Assembly: GCF_009834535.1 (NCBI RefSeq)
Contig: NC_045697.1
Coordinates: 8,742,001-8,806,000, forward strand
Reading direction: 5' to 3'
Length of the DNA stretch: 64,000 bases
From: Camelus ferus
Taxonomy: Eukaryota
Shown here: in pieces, positions 12,601 to 24,709 of the stretch
How positions within the stretch are numbered: position 1 is the first letter of the stretch
Layout of the letters: every line of letters begins with the position of its first letter
The notes under the pieces: generated by a model
The model's input: the letters and a program-made list of their open reading frames with translations, nothing else
What the model was told of the DNA's origin: nothing
Databases searched by the model: none
Position numbers and translations under genes: made by a program

Positions 12601-13699
12601 ATGTGCTAAAGCAAGACAAACCCTCAGACCTGAGGGTCCTTGGAATCTGTGGGGACAATTCGGGGTCATATGTAGGGTCACTCAAGCTCCTTTGTGACTT
12701 CTGACCCCATGTAGCCCTATATCCTCCCATGGCTGCGGTCTTGCTAATGGTGCACAGCAAGGCGTGGACCAGCCAGGGACACCCGGGTCCAGCGTTGGCA
12801 CTGTGGGGCTGCCCAGCTACCCCCGCCTGTCCGGCCCCCTGTGCCAAGAGCGGCAGCACCATCGAGCTGGTGTGCTTGTCGGTGCATAAAGATCCCCGGC
12901 TGCGCAGCTTGGTCACACCACCAAGGGAGGCCTCGGAGTGCACAAGGGAAGCCATTCAAAATGTTAATAAGCTTATTAAAATAAGCGGCTTTACTGGCTC
13001 TTGTTTTACAGCGGGCTGCCCACCGTTGCTTTCTGGGGGACTAAGGGAGAGAAAACACTTGTGGTATTAATTTTTTTTTTTCTTAAGGTGTTACCTTTTC
13101 CGTTGAAGGACAGGGGACTCTCTGGAGCTCAGCAAGGCCACAGAAGCAGAATAGCCTCAGGTCTCCTCCCTCCCAAGCTTGGTGGGTGGGGAAAAGTCCT
13201 TGTAGAGAAAAAGCTGGACTTTCCAAAACTGCTGACCACCCAGGCCGGGGAAGCAGATAAAGGAGGCCCAGAGATAATGACTTTGGGGAGGCCTGTAGAT
13301 GGCACTTTGGGGGACCCAAATTCTTTTAAAAAATACCCCCCCCCAAAAAAACTGCTCACAAAGGGCATGGCATTATTTAAAGTAAAAAGTAGAAAAGTTC
13401 TGTCCTTGCTTCCACTCCAAGCCAGGGGTGAGTGTAGACCCCAAACACTACCTAGAAGTCTTAAGGAGCATCTCACAACTTTCGTTTTGTTCCTTCTTTT
13501 TATTTTTTAAAATAGAGATTCTGAGAAGAGAATCAATTGCCTAAGATTCATCAAGTGAGCGGAGGGGCTACTTCCAGCCTATGGACTCCAGACCTGGAAC
13601 AGAATCACTCTGTGGACCTATGGGGCCACTGAACCCGATTCGACCACTTCCCACCCTCGAGTGTGCAGGCTGGAGAGAAAAGCTCTCACCTTGTGCATC

Positions 13700-14400
13700 C
13701 CGAATTTCCAGGGCCGGGTTTCCCAAAGTGCGGGGCCGCATGTCCAAGTCACAGAGAGGGCTGCTCAGCCCGGAGGCCTGAATGTGGCGATGGGAGGCTG
13801 CCTGGCGGGGAAGGAAAGGACTCACCAAGAAGCCCCGAGGCCTGCGCAACCCCGGCGCTGGATCCTCGCGCCAGAAGCTAAAGCTGCAATTGCAGAAACA
13901 GCAGAGAGGGATGCAGGCGCTAGCTGCAGGCCGTGAGGCCTGTGCAGAGACCACGCGCTCTTGGCTCCGGGGAGCGCTAACCGCGGGACTGCGGGGCCGC
14001 ACCCGGGACTGTGGGCGGGGGCACCGAGGGAGGAAGCCCGGGCGCTTGTAGGAGGGAGAGTGGAAGAGAGCGCGGGCCTTGCGCCGGGGAGTGTGTCCCG
14101 CACACTCAGGCAAGCACGGAGGAAACGTTTGAGCCCAGGAGCAGGAGCGAGCTTACCTCTTCTGAGGCTCCGGAGTGACGCCCCCTCTCCCACAGCTACC
14201 TTTCAACTTGACATTCCAACAGGAACAGAGAGGTGCTGTTGCCTGTGCCCCGGGTTCCGGGTCAGCTCCGGTCCGTCGGAAGGCACGCTCCTGCCTTTCC
14301 TGGCCAGACTTACTGCAAAAAACTGCAACAGGAACCGCAGCGCTTCGGGAGGGGTGCGGGGCTGCAGGGCCGTTCGCCCAGTTCTTACAGTCGTGAATTG
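13700..14400. promoter_or_regulatory. CpG island-like segment
   Basis: Dense CpG, GC-rich. Confidence 0.7.
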
Positions 14401-15019
14401 CCCTCAATTTGGACTTTCTCACGTTTCCTTCATAGGAGGCACAGCCTCAGATACACCCAACAGATTTAAAAGAAGTTCATCGTTCAGCTTAACCGGGACC
14501 CCACACCGGACCACCCTGGGACTCAATCTTCTTTTAAAATGCTTTAATGATTTGAACAGCCCAATTTATGTTGAATAACTTCTATGTGTGACTACAGAAA
14601 AAAATTAATTTATTACATGATGTAACCGTTTACAATATAACACACGTTTTGCAACCCTGTTTTGGCATTTCTTCATTGTAAAAACATATTTATCAGGAGA
14701 TTCGAAAACTGGAGGTGGCCCAGGGTCTCTACCCCTTGGAGGCCCCCTTCTCTGGGCACACCACAGAGCACTTGGAAAACTTTGAAGAGTGTAGGAGTCC
14801 AAGGAAGATTGTTTCAGACCAGCCAACTCAGCATTACCCAGAAGTTCATAATAATCATTATGGCAACAATAATAGTAAGTCCACACCAGCTGCACACTGC
14901 TTAATGGTTTTCAAAGCACATCCACCCCTCTGTGATCTAGCCACCCCAAAGCCAAACCTAGGGGATGCTAGCTCTGAAAGACTAAAATATGCTCTAAGCT
15001 GCTGCCTCACATCCTAAAA

Positions 15020-15210
15020 TATGCTCCTAAGCTTTGAATGACCCTGACTTGGCCTCTGAATGGCCTGTGACTTTGGGCAAGTCACATTGCCTTTTTGAGC
15101 CTCAGTTTCTCCATCTGCAAAATGGAGTTTGTGTCCACAAAGCCAGGGCAGCCTCAGGGGACGGCTGTGGGACAGGACGCAGAAGCACTTTTCCACATGT
15201 AATGAATGCC
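15020..15210 (+). mobile_element. MIR
   Basis: TGTGACTTTGGGCAAGTCAC...GAGCCTCAGTTTCTCCATCTGCAAAATGG. Confidence 0.7.
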
Positions 15211-16211
15211 CCTGACAAACAAATGCAGTTATAGTTATTATTATCATTGGTGGTGGTGGTGGTATGTATTGTTTAACTGCTCCCTCAAGCTTCTGCCTGT
15301 GCTTCCTTCATGGCTCTGAGTGTGATTTTTCACCAGTGGCCATGACTTCTGCAGCAGCCACACAACACTGACTGGTACATCTGCCTTGCCGCCCTCAGCG
15401 CTTTCGAATATTTGCTGTGTCTGGTAGACATCATGCAGCTCCGTGTGGTTCCCAGTGGAGACTCAGGAGGGTGAGGCTGGAGGCTTGCAAGACTGAAGCC
15501 CTGCGGCCTCTTGCCTGGGGCCTGGGCCCCAGCTCAGGTGTGTCTCTCCCTCCCCTCTTCTCTTTTCTGCCCAGGAGCTGCTCAGCTAGTTTTCTGGTTC
15601 GGGGAAATGTGTGATTCGCTCTGATGCTCAGGCTCCGGAGGTGGCGGCTTTCCCTAATGCAGGAGGCTTTCTGAAGAGCCAGGTGAACTCCGTGGACTTG
15701 AGGGAGGCCAGATTCTACCTTTTTCTGGGTGATGAAATGTGGATGGAGTCTCCACCTGGCCAGACTGAGCTCTGGCGGCCAGTTAGGGTCCCGATCCTGC
15801 AGACATCTGCAGGCTTTGGATGAGGTCCTGTCTCCAAGGGACTCTTGGTGTGGCTCTGCCCGTTTCCCGCTCCCTCAGACGCCACCTCTCCTCAGGCCCA
15901 GCTTCTCTGGTTAGGCTACCACTAAGCCGCCTCTCAGCGGCACATGGATGTCCTGTTCGAGCTCTCCTCCGACCTTCTTGGTTGAAGTCAGATTCACTGT
16001 CACCTCTTTCCTTTGCTAGAGTGGAGGAGTGAGGATTTGCTGGGGCCCGGAAGCCATTTGTTTTCTGAAATGGAATCTAACCTCAAACTCCCCCTGCTTG
16101 GCCCAGCTCTTTCCGAGATATTCTCCCAGGGTCCATGAACTCCTCAAATCAAGTCGCTTTGAGTGAGACACAGCTTGTGATCTCTATGGTCTACAGGCCC
16201 TGGAGTTTGTG

Positions 16212-16213
<2 letters not shown>

Positions 16214-16247
<34 letters not shown>
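16214..16247. repeat. (AC)17 microsatellite
   Basis: Direct reading. Confidence 0.97.
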
Positions 16248-16249
<2 letters not shown>

Positions 16250-18457
16250 CAGCAACATTTGATAACCGATCATCCCAAATTTGCTGCCCAGAGCAAGATT
16301 TATAGGCTAAGCCTGATTCCCCAGGACCAGTTTCGGCACAGGTCACAGCGTATTCTACCCTCCTTGCCATCATTCTTCCCATCTAAGTGTGTGAATTAGA
16401 CTCAATAATCTTTAAGGCCAGCTCTGAGATTCACTAAGGGCAGAAAGGGGCTGAGAAAGATGAAGCCAAAAGTCTACTGAACTCAGGTGACAGTTGCTCC
16501 TGGCGACCAGGCCCTGAGAAGGCTGAGAGGGCTCAGCGCAGCCCAGGGGCACAAGGAGTGGATGAAGGAAGATCCCCTTGGACTGGAAGCAGGGCGGGAG
16601 GATGCAGAACTGACTTTCTCATCTTTAAAGAAAGGTGGGAGGGGAGTAGAGAAGGAAAAGGAGATGAAGAAAGTCATACCGAGAATTTCCAACAGGAGCT
16701 GTGTCTGCGGCCTGAGGCCCAGGTAAAGACATCCACCTTGGGTCTCGAAACGTGATGGGAAATCCTCCTAGGGCGGACTGGATCCGGAGGCTGCCTCCAG
16801 CTCCTGGAGTCAGATCTTTAGTCCCTCTCAGCAACACCAGCTGCAGGGCAGCTCAGAGTAAAACTGCAAGAGTCCAAGGCAAACTGAACTCATTTGAGTC
16901 ATTTTTCCTGGGCGACTCAAGCCAGCCCAGCGGAACTGGCCCAGGCAGGGAGCCTGAGAGGGGGCGAGGAAGGGAAGGGGAGCTGCCCGGCCTACGGAAG
17001 ACTCCCCAGTCCTCTCGACTCCAAATCCACAAGGATGGAGAACAAACTACATTCTTAAGATGTAGCCACAAACAACTGACATTTTTAGAAAGGGAAAAAA
17101 ACTGACCTCCTCCCCCTCAAAAAAAAAAAAAAAAGAAAGAAAGAAAAAGAAAAACCCTTCAGTAGTTCTGATCTGTAGAGAAAGAGAGGAGATTCTTGCT
17201 TTATTGGCAACGTTCTAACTTTCTATAAGAGAAAATGCACTCATAATTAATAATGAAATTGAAATGAAATTTTTTAATATGTCAAAAAGAAACAAAATGA
17301 TTGCAGCAATCCTTTGGAAGGTAGTTGGACTTGGGGGCGAGAGTGTGCCTATCTTGAGAGCATTTGTTTTTCCCTTGTCGTCTAACTGTTTCCAAAAGCA
17401 AGAATCGTTTTGTAAAGCATTTGTCTCAGTTCTCTGACCCCATCCGGGCTAGGGGGGTTGCAGAAGCCCGGTCAAGGCCTTTGGGGTGCCAAGGCCGGGG
17501 GGCCTGATGTTGGGAAAGCTCGCGGGCGGGCAGCGGGACAGGGAGGCAGGCGTGGTGGCTTATGGGCTTGGGAGAAATTGAAAGTAGCCCCGGCCTGGGT
17601 TTCAGTGTTTTCCCGATTCGCCGGGACTGGAGGCCTTAGCGCCTGCAATATGTCCTTAACTCTTGCTGACTAGCCCCAGGCCCGACGTGAGAGGTGTGTA
17701 GCAGTGAGTGCTTCGCTCAGGTGAATCCTCGATATCTGGGGAATCATTCTGGGGAACGCCAGCGGGGCGCGTTCATCTCTAAAATGGAGTAATAAATAAT
17801 CATCGCCCTGCCCATTCTTTGCTCCCACAGTGAGCTTCTGTGTGGATCAAATGACGGCGTGTCACTGAGGGAGTGAATGGAAGTGCTTTGGAACAGGGTA
17901 GAGCGTCATTTGCACCCAGCAGGGGTCAAAGCGCAGGTGACCCTTCCCGGGAGACACATTAGCTCCACGTTCTCCTCTAATCGCTTCGGGATTCCAGCAA
18001 GAGTTTTTGCTAGCCTATTCTCGAAATAATGACAAGACGGCTTAGAGAAAATGCTCAGAAAATCGAAAGCAAAGAGGATGCGGGCAGGTGGAGGAGTGAA
18101 CAGGTTAGGGTGGGAGATGGAAATTGGCAGCGAGTTGCTATGAACCCTTTCTAGACTCTGAAACCAATGCTACGAGAAAAAAGTGAATCCTAGGTATTTG
18201 CTCTGGATTCAGAGGGATTCCTCCGTGACTCCTGCAAAGTCCTGGAAATAGCGATTCCCTGAGCTGCGTGGGTTTAAACTCTTCCTGGGATTGCGCATCA
18301 AGGGCGGCTTCCGGAAGGGGCTAGGCATCTGGTCCAGGACTGAAAAGAGGTTGGCAAAATGAGCCCCAGGTATTTCCACGTTACCGGTTCCCCCAAAGCC
18401 GGAGGGGGAAAGGCTCAGAGAAAACACGGCGTCCAGAAGGACATGTTAATCTAAAAG

Positions 18458-18463
18458 TTTATA
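18458..18463 (-). terminator. NKX3-2: Candidate NKX3-2 variant polyadenylation signal TATAAA
   Basis: Variant hexamer about 1.1 kb after the stop, followed by GCCGTGTTTT; I found no AATAAA/ATTAAA on the minus strand between 17279 and the stop. Confidence 0.35.
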
Positions 18464-19399
18464 AATTAAAGGGAAAAAAATACAACGAATAGAGCTTCCA
18501 AATTTCACAAATCTTTTAAAAGTTAATACTCTAGTTGAGTGCACAGTGCCCTTAAGTAGGCGAAAAGCGGCGAGGTTGACATGAGGTTGACAAGATCACC
18601 TGTCTTAGGGGCAGGGACAGGGATAGGAGAATCCTGGGTCAGGACGCAAGAGTCGCGGAGGGTGGACAGTAGAGACAGAGCGTCCAGCGGCCAAATTGCG
18701 GAGGACGCCAAGGAAAGGCTGGTCAAGGATATTCACATTGAATACAAAAATAACCGTCATTTGAATACAAACAACTGAAAAGTGCTACAAGTTTTAACCG
18801 CCTTTAAAAAAATAAAAGAAAGAAAGGAAAGTCTGAGAAGGGCTCCTGGGTTTGCTTTCTTCTGGTTCAGGGGCTCCCAGGAGCTCCCCGTGTTGGTCGC
18901 AGCCCTGGACCTCCGAGAGGGAAGATGCGGGGCAGTTGCCCTGCCCTGTGCTCAGAGGCTCCGTTCTATACATTCAGCACCCAATCGGGCGCCCCCACCC
19001 GAGCTGTGACACCAGGGAGGGGTGGGGCGGAGGGCCCGTAAACCAAACCCTTCACGTTTCAATGAACCCCTAGCCTGGGGCTCCCTGGGGCTGCCAGGGT
19101 TCTGCACCCCTTTGTAACAAATGCAATTTCCAAAAATAATAGATATGTAGATACACATAGATTGGTAGCATGGATACCATGAACTAGTGTGGCCTAGCGC
19201 ACGAAGCTCCCAGCAGGCCTGAAATTCTGGGATTCAGGCTATGTGGTCTCCAGGAGTTCTCTCCGCTCTGGGGAAAAGCCATCCCCAGGCAGACACAATC
19301 CAAATTCAACATTGTGGTGGTAATAAATAATGTCCAAGGGCTTCCAGGCAGGTGAGAGGGAAACAGGGCCTCTAGGTCACCGGATGCCTCTGTTCAAAC

Positions 19400-20360
<961 letters not shown>

Positions 20361-21589
20361 GCCGAGATCCAGCTCCCTGCCCTCTCTGGGCCCCAGGATC
20401 CCCTCAGCAACAATGGGGCATTGGGCCTGAGCATCCTCGCAAGACTTCTCCGCTCTAAGCGTTGAGCCCTGGGGTTATAGATGGCGTTTCAGACTCCCAC
20501 CTCGGGCTCACCCGCCTCCCCACACTCACGCTCACACACGCATCGTCGCAGCACACACGTGTTGGCTGCACGCAAAGGGAAAGTGGGGAGACGGATCCTG
20601 GAGACTGAAGTATGCGGAGTCTTACGTCCCATCCACCCGGAACTGTGGGAAGGCTGTGGCAATAGAATGCGCCAAGGCCATGGGTAGGCTTCTCCCTCTG
20701 TCTTCAAAAGGCAATGAAAGGAGAGCTGAGGACTGAGGGTAAAGGGGCTGTCCCTGCTTTAAGTCCTTGGACCCTAACCTGACGCCAGGTCCCCTGCTTC
20801 CCCGCTCTCCCGTAGCACCCTAGCAGAGAGGTCCAGCACTGCCTTGGGCAGATACTATTTGCTTGTAGCCAGCGTGAGGCCTACAGCATTGTCCAACCGA
20901 CAGGGGTCTTTCTGACCCAGTGACAAGCCAGCTCGTGGCTGAGGAGGTCCCTCTTCCCCAAGAGTCTGGGATGACCTAATCAAGCCCATCTGCCTTCAGT
21001 TGGCCTCGGGGTTTGCCTCCAGCTCCTGAGTCCTCAGCCCAGAGCAGCTCTCCCTGCCCTGGGGTCTGGGAAAGCGAAATAAGCCCTCCTTCCAAAGCTC
21101 GGGCTTGGTTGGCCTCGGGCCCACTTGAAGGTATCCTTCGCTACATATCTTTGGACGTTGGGCCGGGCTCTGGGACCTCGAGCTAGGTGCGTTTCTGATC
21201 TCTGGGCCAGGGCCAGGGCACTGGCTACCCGAGGTCTCTGGGCCCTTCGCTCTTCCCTTTCACTGACTTTCGGGATTTGGAGACAGACTCAGCCGAAGGC
21301 ACTGGCGATGGGCTCAAAGCCAGGGAGCAGTGGTTCTCTCCCAGCCTAGTCTAAAGCACACTGCCCCTGGACGTCTGAGGCTTCACCGCAGGACGCAGGG
21401 TTCCGAGGAGTTTCTCGGTTCTCTTTCGGGATCAGTTGTTGGAGGGTTAGAACAGTCCGTGCCAGCGCGCAGAACTTAGGGTCTTGACCAGCCCGGGGGG
21501 CCCCAGGGTGGCCCCACCCCCCTCGGCGTGGTTGCCTTCCTTGCCCAACCCCTCAGCTGGGCCCCCTTCCCCGTGAAGCCTTAGCAGAC

Positions 21590-22055
21590 CTGAGACGCTG
21601 GCCGACATCTCACTGTCGCTCCGGCCCGCGGCTTCCTCCTCCAGGTCCTTGGCGGCGGGCAGCTCGCAGACCGGCTGGCCGAGGCCGAGGGTCCCCCCAG
21701 CACGGCAGGCCCCGCTGGCCCCCGGCGCGTCCGCGCAGCGCCGCCCACCCTCGTTCTCCTCGCTCATCGCAGAGTCCGAGTCCCAGCCGCCCGGGCTCTC
21801 CGCGGTCCGCCCCACAGCCGTTCTGGTCCCGGCAGGCGACGCCAGCAGAGAGTCCTCGGCGCCCCCCAGCGCGCCCGCGTCTGTCTCCCCAAAGAGCCGC
21901 CAGCAACAGACAGCGGGCGCCGAAGCCACTGCCACTGCCGTGCCCCCGAGTACCGGGCGCCCCTCCGGCGCGGGCAACCCTCCGCGCTCCTCTTTCTTGT
22001 TAAGGATCGCCTGGATGGAGAAGGGCGTCAAGGTGTTGGCGCCGCGCACAGCCAT
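21590..22055 (-). CDS. NKX3-2: NKX3-2 (BAPX1) coding exon 1, 466 nt, ends phase 1
   Basis: ATG at 22055 gives MAVRGANTLTPFSIQAILNKKEE (eh1/TN motif FSIQAIL). Frame is open to ...DSEMSASVS-G, followed by a GT donor at 21589-21588. Confidence 0.97.
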
Positions 22056-22609
22056 CTGCGCCGCGGGCCGGAGCGGCCGGGCGGGCGGCTGGGGCGCGGG
22101 GCAGCTCTGAGCTGGATGAAGCGCGCGGGCCGCCGCAGCGCGAGTGAGCCCCGCGCGCGAGGCCCCTGCAGCCCACTCCTGCGCTGCCCAGCAGCCTCCG
22201 CCCCCCTCTGGCCCCGGATCAGCGCCGACCCTCACCCCCACTTCCGAGGCCCACCGCACCCGGAGACCCCCTCCCCCCAATCCAGCGCCAGACGCTCTCC
22301 TTTCGCAGCTCAGCTGGATTATCTCATCGCCTCGCGCCCTTAGGGGCGGGCCGGGGTCTGCCCCTCGGAGGATGTGGGGGGAGGATCAGCGAAGCCCCTC
22401 CGCGGCTGCAGTCCCCTCCTGAGCGCCTCCGGGGCGCACGGCCCGAGTCACTTTTCTTTGCGCCTCTGTCTCTTCCCCTTCTGCAGGATTTCTCTCCAGG
22501 CTCGTCCTCTCCTTTTTCTGTTGGGCCGGCTCTTCCGGAGCCCACCCCCGGCAGCGGCGGCGGCGGCGGCAACAACGACCGCGGCCTCTGGATTCCGACA
22601 GACGCGGGG

Positions 22610-22780
22610 GCACCTTTTTACCCCCTGCCCTGGTTTTATCTGTTTCTTCTCTCTTTCCTTCCCCAGCGTTCCACCGTACCCCCCTCCCGTCCGGGTGTCA
22701 TTCCTCACTTCTGAGTGACAGCCTCAGGCCACGCCCCTCCACTGGGCTGTCCCGGGCGCTCCTGGCCGCCCATTGGTTGG
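22610..22780 (-). promoter_or_regulatory. NKX3-2 upstream promoter elements: CCAAT box, SP/KLF GC box, TATA-like TAAAAAG
   Basis: ATTGG 22772-22776, GGCCACGCCCCT 22727-22738 and CTTTTTA 22614-22620, in the expected order for minus-strand transcription. Confidence 0.5.
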
Positions 22781-24607
22781 CTCCCGCTGGGCGACGTTGC
22801 CTAGAACAGACAAAACTGGGCACGTTGCGCGGAGAAAGTCAGGGTCTGACTTAACCCCTTTCCTCCCAAGCCTAGTCCTCGAAGCATCCATCCTCCAGCA
22901 ACAGGGAGGCTCACCCACCTAGACAAACTGTCCAAGAAAACTTGCTTCTTACTTCTACAGATGTTATCTGCCTATTTTAGCACTTTTATGGAACACGATA
23001 TTTAGTTGAGTTAGATGGCGACGGGGGGACCCAAGATAACGCAGTTCTGTAAATAGCGCGCATAGTTTCTGTTCTCTAGGAAGGTTTACGAGTTCGAAGA
23101 ACAAAATGTTGCTTCTTTTCCCCTTACAGTTTCTCGGCTTCCTCACTGTTAATTCTTTCCTCTGAAATAATCAGTTAATTAAAATCACTCTAGATATATT
23201 TTTCTTTCCTCTCCGGATTTTATTTGACTCAATTTCTATAGAGGAATTAAAAAGAAAAAGATGGTACAGATAGAACTAAAGTTAGGCGAGAAATTGGAAG
23301 GCATCTTTGGGAGAGTTTCTGGAAATTGCGCGATCATTTCCCTGGGTGGTCAATGCTGAATTTACTTGGAGTTTGTTAAATTTTACACCAAGAAGAAAAT
23401 GAAAAAAATCAACTTGTTCTTTATTCTGTTACTGGTGAGTTGAATAAGATTAGAAAAAGATACGTTTTTGTTTAAAAGACTATCTGGGAATTACCATAGA
23501 AAAGATCCCCACCTAATGACAGTAATGCTCTTAAAAAAAGAGTTATGCATTGTTTTACGTAGTAGAAGGAGACAAGCTAAGAAACACAAATATTGTGGGT
23601 ATATCAAAACATTTGTTACTTATTTATGTTATTTATTTTCAAATAAAAAGTTTGCTCAAGGAACATACTTTACTGTCTTCCATAGTTTTACCAAAGGTTT
23701 GACTTAAAACCAAATACACAATTCGAACCATTAAGTAAGTTTAGAGAACCGTGATTTTAATTTAGTAAATTGCTGGGATTGGTGTTTTTGGTGCCACTAA
23801 AACAAATGACATTCGCTCTTGCAGCTTTCTTTTTGGTGGTTCTTGTTCTGCACCGCAGGATGAAATGCACACGCTAGCTGTAGTTTTCAGGGTCTGTGTG
23901 TGTGTGGGGGGGAGTCTTCACAGCATCTGTATTTTCTAGCATTTCAGCCACGTGATGCTCTTTTGCATCCAAAATACACTACAGTGCAGGCTCTGTAGTG
24001 TATTTGGGGGAAAAACTCACCCTTGAAGAGGTCATTGCCCTTTTACAGCTCTTTACAGGCTACTTCAGTTTTGAGGGAAAGTGTTTAAATTTGGTGTCAG
24101 TAGGCGGCAAGTATAAGGAACTGGACGCCCTTCAGGCCCGATGGGGAACAGAACAGAAAGCTTACGAGGTTTCAGAAGAAAGCTCTTCTTTCCTTCCTCC
24201 CGCTGACCTTCATTTATCCTCTAAATTATCCCCCTCTCCCACCACCCTATACAATTTGTTGTTACTCTCTTGGGGCGAGCTGAGGAGATTGATTGACACA
24301 GGTCGCTCAGAAGATGAGAAACGGGCAGGTGTGAACTGTGTGTCCCTTTGTGGGGTTAGGACTTGGTGTGGACAAACTGAATGAGTCTGGACACACAGGC
24401 AGGCAGAGATGCTTGGAGGTTGAATGATTGAGTATGAGAGTAAGTTTGGGGGAGTTATACAAATACTTGAAATATAATCACCACTTACCCCAACTTTTTT
24501 TTAAAAAAAGGAACCCCAAATCAAAGTAGAATATACTCTTTGCCACAAACTTGGGCAGAGGTTTTCGAAGCTTAGAAAAATGCGGTTTGGTGATTTTGAG
24601 TTGTCCG

Positions 24608-24709
24608 GAGTGAGTGAGTGAGTGAGTGAGTGAGTGTGTGTGTGTGTGTATGTGTGTGTGTGTGTGTGTATGTGTGTGTGTGTGTGTGTGTGTTTGTGTG
24701 CGCGCGCGC
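24608..24709. repeat. Compound microsatellite (GAGT)n-(TG)n-(CG)n
   Basis: Direct reading. Confidence 0.97.

Larger units (their letters stand above)
21450..22850. promoter_or_regulatory. CpG island over NKX3-2 promoter and exon 1
   Basis: Very dense CpG; includes a (GCG)n tract at 22554-22570. Confidence 0.85.

Noticed and set aside
17913-17930. Second CTCF-like sequence CCAGCAGGGGTCA
   Set aside because: Mismatch at a strongly conserved G and weak 3' flank; too uncertain without a PWM score.
22056-22280. In-frame 75-codon N-terminal extension of NKX3-2 in the ORF track
   Set aside because: No ATG; I saw only TTG/GTG starts and no in-frame CTG in this stretch. An open frame is unsurprising at this GC content.
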